Shown one piece after another: positions 48,601 through 60,600 of a stretch of 64,000 nucleotides of DNA. The translations under genes were made by a program, and so were the position numbers. The notes beneath the pieces were generated by a model. It ran no database searches. It had not been told where the DNA came from and saw only the letters and a list, made by a program, of their open reading frames with translations. Position 1 is the first letter of the stretch, and each line of letters starts with the position of its first letter. Origin of the DNA: Podarcis liolepis (lineage: Eukaryota); NCBI GenBank assembly GCA_965112155.1, contig OZ218103.1; one strand, given 5' to 3'.

Positions 48601-51600
48601 GACAAACATTCCCCTCTAGAAATTGGCAGACAAGTTGCCAACATGCCAGTGGCTACAAGATGAATAGATTTGTTTTGTAAACAATGAAGAAAATATTTGG
48701 AAGGATTGGTTGTGTTAGGTGTGCATAATGTTGGAATTGTAAGATCTCACAAAAGGTGAAATTGTGAGAAAAGATCTGAATTTTAAAAGTCAAAAATGTG
48801 AGAAGGGAAGGTAGCAAACCAATGTGACAAGATCTGTCACACCCCTCAGGTTGAGGACCCCATTTGCCCCATATAATGTGGCGTTTGGCATTTGGTATTT
48901 AGCATAGGTGCCCCTGCGCAATAGACAAACTATTAGAAAAATCCAAATATGCACACCACGCTGGTATGCACTGGTTTCAGTAGGGCACAGGCACCCTTTG
49001 GTGTGCTGGTTTAGACCCCTAGCCAGCATTGCCTAACATGGGTTGCCCCCAAATTAACTCACATCTTTGGATGGCTTCCTGAGGATGTCACCCACACCAC
49101 CTCCGTTTCTGAGGCCATGATTCAGGACAGTGACTATGCACATGAGCAGTGTGTCGCAGGCACGCTCTGAATTATCTTCCTCCGCTTCTGGAATGCAAGC
49201 AAAAGTGCACTCAGCAGGAACACAAACAGAGCACCTATGATTAGCTTTCAGTATTGTGAAATCCATATTTCTTAGCTTCATTAACTATATGCAGAAAATA
49301 CCTGGCTGTTCTGCCTCATCCTTCCTTTTTAGAAGATGGAAGAAAATAGCAGAGACATTTCCAATAGCCACGGGCAACAGCTCTGCTTGTTTCTAAAATT
49401 CATCCTGAATTATATTGTCAGGGCACTATCCAACTCTTTCCATCAGTGCAAGGATCTCCACTTGCGAAACGAAATTTCCCCTACTCCTCCCATGTTTGCC
49501 CCAAAAATCTTTTCTGGGAGGGGAGTTCTCATGGTCCTCTGAAGCAGACCTGAGGGGGGCACAGGGGGATAAGAGAGGAGAAGAGTTCCACTGTGCAAAC
49601 AGAAATCCTTGCAGTGGCAGAAATAAGTTAGTTGGCTGCCATCCTTACTTACATAGAGTGGCCCCTAGTCCCAGTAAGATGCTGTGGATAAGTACCAACA
49701 AAGTAACTTTGCATCTTAACTTGGACATCCGATCTTACAGTATCTTGTGCTGACTTCCAGGACACAGATCAATTTCATCCTAGTTGCCCTCTCAAGGTGC
49801 CGGATAAAATTCTCTTCACTCCCACAAGCATCTGAATTAAAGAAAGTTGCTTCAGCCACCCCACCTACCTTCTATCACTTTGGGCTTAGCAACACCAGAA
49901 GAGCAGCTCATTTTGTCGCTACTGCATGTCTCCATGAAAGCGTCCATGTCTGCTTGCATCCCCAAAGGAGTACCTGGAAGGACAGGAGGCAGCAGAATTG
50001 TCAAAACATCATCTTTAATTTCATAACAATGACAAAGTCCAGAAAAGTTGTTCCTTTGACTGAAGCCATGCCAAAAAGTATCTCCCATCATGATGTTCTT
50101 GTTCTAGGTTGCTATCTACCCAGTGTCACATAGCCTCACCACCATAAGCATCTTGTCCACATCCTTGAACTGTAACCGATCCCACAAGCTGTACTTGAAT
50201 GATGCTCCAAGGACCTCCAACAAGCATGAACTAATGGTGACACTGTGTTCAGCACAGAGCCAAGTAATGTTACCCTCAGACTAATTCACAAATCTCTCAC
50301 AGGAGCCTATTGAGTGGTCTATTAATGATGCCATACTGATCTGGGCCAACCACTTTGAATAGCTCTGCTGCACAATTCACTGAGTACATAATAGAGGCCA
50401 AGAGATACACTATCTTTGCTCCCATCCCTGCCATGTGGTACAAACAACTATGTACTTGTACCTCAATTCAGTCAGATTTATGCCAGGACTTGCACTCCCT
50501 GCACTAGCTGGCATATGGCCTGCTTCATCACTCAGGGCTCCTCAGTAAACCAAGGAGCCTTCCAGATACCCCATGGCTGTAGAGAGCACTTAGGAGTGAT
50601 TGTGTCAATAGAAGAGGGGAAAATGCATCTCCATCAGCCAGCATTGAATGCACACACCAATAGAAGCTCTCTTCAGAACAGAAGGGAGGTAGGGTGTCCA
50701 GTCCAAGCATTCAATGACACGTGGACATGTTTAAGGAATGTCAGGGACCATGCTGAGGACGGCTGTGCTGAGGAGGAATGGTGGGAGCAACCCCTTTCCC
50801 CGAGCCTGAATCTTCCCAGGAGCGGGAGGACAGTATAGATTTGGAACAGTGGTTTGCAGAAGGGCCTAGATCAGAAGGCAGAAGCTGGGAAATACTGGGT
50901 GCGGAACAGCTAAGAGAAGAAACACGGGAAGAGAGAGGGTTAACAGATTCACAGTCTTTGGACAGCATTCCTCTGATCTCCCCAAAGTCTCGAAGAGCTC
51001 AGAAAGTCTCAGAACAGAAAGTGCAGAGGGTACAAACTCAGATTGCAAGACGGAGGAGTGACGTAGATTAATAGGGATGGAGGAGTGTGTGATACTTAAT
51101 TGGGAGCACCACCATTTCTAGGAGATGTGTTCTTTGTTCTCTCACTGTGATTATTAAAGTTTCTAACTGGTAAGATGTTCCTTTCTTTTATCTTTTTATT
51201 TCCTGACACGAGGGGAGAAAGCTGATTCCCTGAAGCCTGACAGGGGGGCATGTTCAGTCTAGGAGGAGTTGATCAGGTGAAAACATGAATGAAGGAGGAA
51301 GAGCAAAGTCTCAAGCATTGAAGGTTTTGAGGAGATGATTTACAGAGACCTTCTGCAGGTGCCATGGGAGGTACACTGATGCCCAAAGATGCCATGTTGG
51401 CAACCCCTGAAGTGAAGCATCTGAACCCACTGAAATCTACACACTTGAACAGAAGAGTCGTTATATGTTGTATTTTGAATGGGGGGGGGGAGAGACTGCC
51501 ATGCAAAACACATACAAGCCAGTTCTTACACAGTTGCAGTACTTTGCTGGTAAAAGCTGCTATTTATACACTCATAAAAGGTGCCCAATCCAGGAGTCTC

Positions 51601-54600
51601 AAATTGCACTTCCCTTAAGTGCAGCGCTGAACGTCAAAGCCTCCAAATTGCAAGCCTTAAGGACATAAACACGCTGGAGTGGATTTAGCTTGCCCATTAC
51701 CAGTTATTCATTCTTGTTTGAAAGGTCTAGTACAAAATCAAGGTGAAAACCAATTCTTAAATAAACGCAGGAGGGAACATACAGGTTTCCGGTGTAATTG
51801 GATGAACCCCGGTGAAGACAAATGGGTTGCTTCAGAAGTCAGCAAATCTTAAAATCCTTTCTATTTAAAACCCTATTGTTAAATATCAAACTTGAGAGAT
51901 AGCAGGGTGGGGTGGGGGAAGCAAACCTTTTGATTTAATGTTGGGCAATGGGTCTACTTCAAGGATGAAGTCATCTTTCAGAAAGAGAAAGCCTACAATG
52001 GAGAAGAGGTAGACGAGGATGAGAGCCAGAAGGGCTGTCAGAAGAATGGAGCGTCCGTTGCGTGTCACACTTTTGATGACATTAAATAAGGTCTCCTCCC
52101 GGTAGATCAAGTCAAACAGCTGAAACAGAAAAATAATAATAACTTGCTTATATGGAATCAGTCTGAAGAGAACAGGCATTCTGTGGTAGTCCTTCAGGCA
52201 CATAGTATTTATTAGCAGGAAAATGATTGCCATTCATTCATCTAATCACCAACATCCCCACTTTTCTCACAGATAAATGTGAACGTTCTTTTCCATAAAG
52301 GAACAAGAAGCCCTTTGGACTCTTGCTTCAAGAGCCTAGCAGCTTCTCGGAACAGGAATTGGTTTGGTGTTGCTTGACAGTACCAAACCATCCCATCTAG
52401 TCAATGATTTGTATTTCTTTCTTGCCCACTTCATAAAATGAATAATTGCAGTCCTAGCTAGCTAGGGAGAACAAGGCAGACATAAAAAGAGGTGAAATGT
52501 TACACATACAACAGGTAGATAATAGAGAAGAAATTAGCATACCAAGATGCTGTAGAATAGTTCGTGCACAAAGAGCCCCAAGACGCTGGTCAAGATATAG
52601 GCAACATGATAGAGAAATTCCATATCCATGATCATGGCCTTGTATCCTCGGATGAATGTTCCACGGTTTCCAACAAAGCTCACCACAAACACAATCTTAT
52701 TTGTCAGCTGTGGAACAAGCACAAAGCAGAGGGGAAAAGAGGCAAGCAGTTACTTTCCGGAGTGAGTTTATGCTGTTTATTATGCTACTTTAGCTTTATT
52801 GATAGCAATCTTCTGCTTTCAGTTAACACTGATATAAATCCATTGCCGTTAGATTTGCAAAGACAAACTGGTCTTAGCTCTAGGCATGGTGCCAGTACCT
52901 AAAACCCCTTGCTTTTTTCTTGGTTGGTTGGTTTGTCTCCTTAATAAAATTTATACACTGCTTGATTGTAAAAAACAACAACTCAGCATTTTACAAAAGA
53001 TACAACAGTAAAATCAAGAAAATTTCACAGCCAAACTTAAAAGCCCACAAAAGTTAAAATACTAAACTAGATTAAAATTACTTTGATTTTCTAAGCATCT
53101 AGATAGGCATGTTTAAACAAGAATGTTTTTAACAGGTGTCAAAAAGAGTACAGTGAAGGCACCTACTTGATCTCAATAGGCAAGGGGTTGCACAGTTTAT
53201 GGTAGTTCAATGGATCTCATTCCCAGTTAAATATGTACAAGACTGCAGCCAGAGTTTGGCCTGAGGTTAGCCAAGTGACTTACATTGAGAGCTCCCAGTA
53301 TGTTCAGAGTGAGTCCAATGCCCAGGTGGTAGATGGATCGCAGGATCAACGCCACAAGGAGCGGTCGGATCCCGTAGCGTCGGGTAAAGAGAGCCATGAT
53401 GGAGAAGCAGATTAAAAGCCAGGAGAGCAGGGGGATCAGTGGAGAATCCAACAGCCCTGGAAATTCACAAATTAATTCATTAAGTAGCCAAGACGTACGT
53501 TTGTAATATAACCTTCAGCAGCAGCTGCTGTGATGGAGCAGAACTGCTCTCCTGACATTGGCATCGCTGAGACTTACCTGGAAGGGGTGGGGAAGGGTGA
53601 TGTTTGGATGCACACACACACCCACCAGCCCTGACCTTGCCACTGTCCTGTCCCACCCAACACCTTCCAAGTGACAGAAGTATAGCTCTGCATGCCCCGC
53701 TACTGATCACGTCACCCACTTGCTCTCTTACTCCAAGGCCACTTCAGCTCCTGGCAACCAGCACCCCTGACACCTGCATAATACCTTGTGAATACCTGCA
53801 GAGCTTATAGCCAGGACTGCTACAACAAACAGCTGTGCAAGCCTTTGGGAGGCAGAGATGCAAGAGGGCATCAGAGGAAGGAGGGAAGGAAAGATGGACA
53901 GAGGCCAGTGTTGCCCGTGGCACCCCTGACCATCATTCAAGGCACCCCAGGGTGCCACGGCACACTGGTTGAAAACCACTGATCTGCATGCTTGTTTGTT
54001 TCCAAAAACACTCATAATATTCAAACAGAACACAGCTTCTTACTGGGAACTGGTTTACCAAAGGTTTTGCAGAAAGGTTCTTTCCAGAGGGGGTTTATTT
54101 TTAATGTTCACAAAAAGGTAAGCAATTAGGGTTTTTGAAATGATAGCTTATTTGAGGTAAATAACTGCTAGCGAGTTGGCTGCAAAGGCCTAGCTGGCAA
54201 AATTGACTGAAGAACCACAGGGCCTCAGATAGCATTTTCTTTGCATGAATACCAAGTGGACAGAGTACCCCTGCAAAGGGATCCAGTGGTTGTATAAAAA
54301 TCAAAGTGAGCCTGATGGAACATGTACCCATTGAGGATGCCTCGACATAAGGATAGAATAAAGCAATGATGATGTTTATGAAGACAGCCAGGTTGAAGGA
54401 AATGCTTCCCCAGAGTGTCATTCTGCGGGAGAACCAGTACATCAGTGGATTGCCTATGAGAAGAAAGAAAGGCAAAGCTGAGTATATCTTGTATGCTTTT
54501 GGAAAGTAGCACAGAACTCTCCAAAGACCCAGCAATCTCAGTGCAATTATTTATAGAGCCAGGGATCAATGCTCTTGTTTCCCCAACCCAGTTGCAAACA

Positions 54601-57600
54601 CTATCAATTGCCAGAAACTGGGACATAATTTTCAAATGATACCTCATATTTGTGCTCGCCACATTTCAGTGGACTGCAGCACATAAAACTGGTCCAGGAT
54701 CATGTCCTCATTTCATTCTTTCTACCCCTGTTTTCTGTAGAAAAGCTCACTAAGATTTTCAGTGTTAAGCAGGGAGGGTGAAACAGCAGCCCTCCATATC
54801 TTATTGGACTCCAACTCCCATCAGCCCCAGCCAGCATGGCCAATGGCAAGGATGATGGGAGTTGTAGTTTGGGCAGCTATGGGTTAGCCACTGTTGATTT
54901 AAAGGGACATCCAGTCAGCTCTCTCAGAGCTAAGAGAGGGGAATAGGGATGCTGCAGATGTGCCACCCACCCAGCAGCCTCCCTGACTGGTAGTCTCTGA
55001 GAATCCCCACACAGCAGCATAGGGAGATGTCAATGTCCATGCAGAGGCTGCCTCTACAAATTCAGCTCATCGTGGCCTGCATGACTACTATGGGGCTATC
55101 TCAGTTCATCACAGGCCCCAAATAAGTGGAAGGGCACACTCTTGAACTGGTCTTTGCTATAGAGTGAGTGGCTGCAGAGAGAGTTTGCAATGAGCTCATT
55201 GTCATGGGTAGATCATTCCTTGATGACACTTGGACTGGCAACAGTAATACCCTCCTGCAGGGGTGTGGAACTACTGAATATTAGACAGGCACCATCTCTT
55301 GTATTTTCGGCAACAGTTGAAGACCTTCCACTTTCAACAAGACATTTGCACTGAAATCTTTCCCAGTCTGCACCTGGAATTGTTTTAAATATTTCCTTTA
55401 TTGTTTTACTACTTGTTGACTGCCCCTGGGTTGCTTTGGGAGGAAGGGCAAGATACAAATTTAAAGAAAAAAATAAAATAAGATGGTCTGCCCCAGAGAC
55501 TTATAGAATTCAATGGATTATTGAATCATCTAGGGGTTTCCTGATTGACGTGGTTGGCACTCCTGAAAAAGTTGTGGTCTCACTGTGAAACAGAAACGGC
55601 TATTGAAATGATCGCTCCAAAGCACCCTCTCCAGGGCTATGGAGTCTGCATCGCCCCATGATTCTCTGGGGAGCTGCAGGGAATGACTTGGGTGCCACCT
55701 TCAGGACAGGGTCAGTGGAGCCCGGTGAACATCACTTGACTATCCCCACTCCTCGACAGGTGCTGCAGGGGCTTGAGCTGACATACAATTTGGCATTCTA
55801 AATTATTATCTGTACAAACAGCCTCCTGCCTTGTTCTAGTCTTACTGCGCAGTTTCTTCTGCCATTCCATCTCGTTGTGGAGGAAGGACGACTGCTCAAA
55901 GAAGTCACTGACTTTGCTGCCCTGGTCATCCTGCTCTGTTGTGGTGAACAGGCGGTATTTTGTCTCTTTGGTCACAAACTCGCAGATGCTGGGCACCGGG
56001 AAGATGATCTGCTCCATGCTGCGGTCCAGGCGCACAATCTGGGAGAAAGCAGAGATTTGAGGAGTCTTTGGTTCATATCCTGGAAGGGACCTAGGTCTTT
56101 CTCCCACTTTATCCTGGTAGCTTACGTATGGGTCAAAGCAGTTGAAAACCTTATGTATAAAACATACAGCTAAAACCAGTGCATCTGTATTTGTGACAAG
56201 CACCCCAGCAGCGAAACCCAGGAAATAAGCATCTGGGTTGGGGCACAATGTCTGCTAGAGTTGCAGCTAATCCAGGATGCTGCACCAGCAAACAGCATGG
56301 GCCAGTGCTTCAACATTGGCAGGCAAGAGTTAGCATCACCAGATGCAGCATCATAAAGGTTTTTATATGACTCAGGATAAGGTAGAGAAAGGACATGACT
56401 AGGTGGAATCTTGAGTGAGTCAACCACAGGGCATTTTTCAAAGAGATTTGCTAGTCACAAGGGAGGAGGCTACATTAGTGTATTCCGGCACGATTCCTTA
56501 CATTCAAGCAGAACTAATAGGATGACAGCTGACAGGCAGGAGCCTGAGCTCTTGAAAAATTGGTTACGCAACTTAAAAGCCACACAAGCAGCAACTCTGG
56601 TGGCTAATAGAGCCATCCCAAAGTTGAGGATGAGGAGAGAAATTCTGTAGAGGAGAAACCACCATTTCCTAAAGCCTACTGGCTCACACCAGCCAGAGCT
56701 GGAGGTTTTCTATTGTGTACTGCCTTCATTCAGCTTTCATGAAAAGTAGTTTTCCCACTATTGACACAAATGGAAGAGAAAACAATTATGCTAACTTCAG
56801 AACTGGTGTACATTTTTGCCATTTGTGAGGGCAAATCAGAGGAGGCCTTGGAATCACAGTATCCAAGGCCCCCTTCATAAGCCTCTTATGGAGATTTCGG
56901 AGCAGGTCATCCACATGCTGTTAGATAATGAAATGCAGAACTGTATATTACACCGTTTAGGTCATCTGAGAGATAAATCCAGATACCAGACATGACCCCC
57001 AAAAATTCTAATTACACGCAGATTTGAAAACGTGTAGAGATAGCTATGAAAAAAGTCAACCCCACCTCTATCTGGGATGTGTGCTTCTCATAATACGCTA
57101 GTGGATCTTCCTCTTCCTCTTGGACAGGAGTTGTTGATTTCAGCATCTGGGTCAGCTGTTTGTTGTGTAGAATGAGCTGTGAGAAAGAGAAGGGGAAAAT
57201 ACTATATCCTCAGCTTGTAAAGGCCCGGGGAGAATCTCCTTCAGCTATGTAGTAGCAATACATTTCCTTGTATTTACTAGGTATGACAAGCTCTGGGGGG
57301 TGAGGGGAGCATATATAGTCAGGGTGGACAGGGCCTGCGCTTCCCCTGGGAGACAGCCATTCAATTCAGCACACTAATTAACAGCCAAAGACCACTAATC
57401 TGTAAATTACAAATCAGTGCCCATAAATCCCCACACAGAAATTGAATTATAACTGGGTAATGATTGTGGTCTTAGACTGTGCAATGTGAGCAAACAAGCT
57501 CACAGCCAAGCAGTCAATGTGGCTATCTCTGAAAAATAAAAGGAACGTTGGTTGTACCACAGGGAAAACTCACCTGCACTGCTGTATAAAGAACTACCGG

Positions 57601-60600
57601 GAGGTGAGGGAAGGTGTGTACAGAGACCACTATGCCCTCAGGAAAACAACACAAAGCTGTACAATCATCCAGTAGATTTCCTACTTTGGTGTATGGGGTT
57701 CTTTTTTCCTCTTCTGGTGTAACATACTATCGCTCAAAAGCTTTCCCCCCTGTTCTTGATCTGAAGGCCAAGAAGTAAGGCCATTTCATTGTTCCATTCT
57801 GTGCCTCCGTGACCTAATATGAACCCAGGGATGCAGGTGGCGCTGTGGTCTAAACCACTGAGCCTCTTGGGCTTGCCAATCAGAAGGTCAGCGGTTTGAA
57901 TCCCCATGATGGGGTGAGCTCCCATTGCTTTGCCGCAACTCCTGCCAACCTAGCAGTTTGAAAGCATAGCAGCACAAGTAAATAAATAGGTACCACTGCA
58001 GCGAAAAGGTAAACGGCGTTTCCATGCGCTCTGGTTTCCGTCACGGTGTTCCGTTGCACCGGAAGCAGTTTAGTCATGCTGGCCACATGACCCAGAAAGC
58101 TGGACAAGTGCCAGCTCCCTCGGCCTGAAGCAAGATGAGCTCCGTACCCTATAGTCTCCTTTGACTTGACTTAACCATCCAGCGGTCCTTCACCTTTTTT
58201 CTTTTCTTTTTTTACCTTTTATTGTTAAGCCATTGCCTATTCCTCCCTGTACCCTCTGGCTAACCTGACTCTTAACCATGCACATTGGGTCATTCTGAGA
58301 AGCTAACAAATTCAACAGCGTCAAACAGCAAAAACAAATAGTAAAATCAAACAGTAAAAACACCATATAAATCATAATATATACAACAAAAATAGCCACT
58401 AATATAAGGCATATGTCCACAAACCTGTTCTGATGTGTGTGTACCTCCACAACAGTGAGTAAAGTTTCTTAAGTAGAGCCAACTGCCATACTCTAGCCAC
58501 CCAGCCACTCAGTAATGTTTAAGTTTGCCTGCAACCCACAGCTCTGTTTCATATCTGCTTCTCTTCTTTGACCACCTTTTCCCAAAGCCTCTGTCTCTTC
58601 TACCTATCTTTAAGTTTCTGTTTTTTGGTCCACTGCCAACTCTGCCTCCTTCCCTTAGCCACATTGCCCTTGGGCCTGTGCATAATTTTAATCCTTGAAA
58701 CTACTTGATTTCCCTCACAAACAGACTCTTTGCCAAAATGCTGATGTAGACAGCTTCACTACCTCCGCAGTTAAAAAAAAAAATGCTTGTGAACATTCCA
58801 TGGCATAAATGTTTCTCAATCACAGCCTTTGGTTTCACTAGCACAAAACATCTCAAAAGCATTACAACAGTGTTTTAATAAAATCCTTTATAAACTGACA
58901 AAGTAGCAATGTCCTTAGTTAACATCCTTATGGATTTGGATCACTGAAGGCTAGTGTAGCTTCACCATCTCCACATTTCACCTCATGGGAAAATGTAAAC
59001 AGATGAAAAATTAAATTATGGGAAACAGCTGCAGAACTGTCCCTTACCAGGACTGACGCAATATGTCAGCAGTATTTCCTAAGCACCTTCCTGTTTCAAT
59101 AGGGAGCATGCACATACCATAGAAGAGATCCCTTCCTCCTCCTCCTCCTGAATTCGTTTCACAGGTTTTAAGAGATGCTGGAGCTGCTTGTTGTGCCGAG
59201 ACAGCTGAAAACGTAAAGAAAACAAACACTGAATTGCCAGAGCCTAACAGCTGACTACAAAGTCATTTGTGGATAGGTGAAAGCTTGTTTGCTTTGAAGC
59301 CTGATGTCACTCAGTTACAATCATTAAAAAAAAAAGTCTTTGCATCAGTGCATCCTTTCAGAATGCACATCACCAGTTCAACCCAAAGTAGCGCTGGTGC
59401 CCATCATTTGGACAGGAACATTGGGATGCTCCTTGCTGGCAGGGCTGTCCCACCAATGATGGAGCAACCTCCACAGCAAAGGTTAGGAGAGCCAAGCCGG
59501 GCTGGGTGGAGGGATACCTCCATCACATCTAAACTCCCTCCAGCACAGCAGATTGGGTTTTTTAATTGCTCTGCCCATCAGTTGTACCATTGCTTCCTCC
59601 TCCCCATTTAAAGGTTTATATGGAGCTGTGGGATGAGAGTATGGTGTACACACACACACACACACACACACAAAACAATGTACTTCCTTGATCTTGGTTT
59701 GTGTGGAGAAAGAAGGAATAAAAACTGAAGGGTAAAGCAGATTTGAGTTTGAAGAGAGAACAAAACCCCAGATGTCTATTTTTTTCCGTTGGAAGTGTGT
59801 TGTATTGCATGCGGGTCAAGACTGCAGCTCCATCCACCTATCAACTGAGGCTGAAATCTTCCAATGTTGTGCTTGAGAAACTATTTTAATTGGTCTGGGG
59901 GGAGAATGTGGGAAGAGTAACCCTTTCTAATCCACCCTTCATCCTCAAGGGCACCAGTGCCTAGGAAAAGGGAAAGGAATCTTTATCAAGCAGTAAAGCA
60001 TTCATACAAAGGATACCTGTAGGGCTAAAATGTAGATGTTGTGTCCAACTTCCCGAGGAGAAACATCAGAGTTCTCACACTCTTCTTCTTGAACATAGGC
60101 TTTCTTAATGACATCAACCTGTGAAATATTTCACACATAAGTCCTGGTCACTAAAGCAGGAATCTGCTATAGGCAAGGCTATAGCAATAGAATAGTAAAC
60201 AGGTAGGCTTACTGTATGAGCAGAGAATCTGCTATTCTGTGAAGAATTTGGTATCCTGAGAATTGCAGGTTTCATTTTTAATAAGAAAACGCACAGCTTT
60301 CCTGTTACTAGCTCTTGTAGAGAAATGGACTAAAAATCTCAGAATCCAGAAGGGTTGAAAATAATGCCCTGAGTCTTTTTCCCTCCCACATAGCTGCCCC
60401 ATCTTAGAGTCCACAAATTCCAACCCACCTCACCAACCCCTTATTCCATTCTAGTCTTTGCCAAATGTTTCCAAGTAGTATGGAAACCAAAGGGCAGCAA
60501 GGCAAATGCTCGTCAACTGACCAGCTAGTGTCTCAATTTTGACCCTACTGTATTATGGTCTCTGGGCAAACCTCAGGCTTGTGAGCTGATGAAGACCCTT

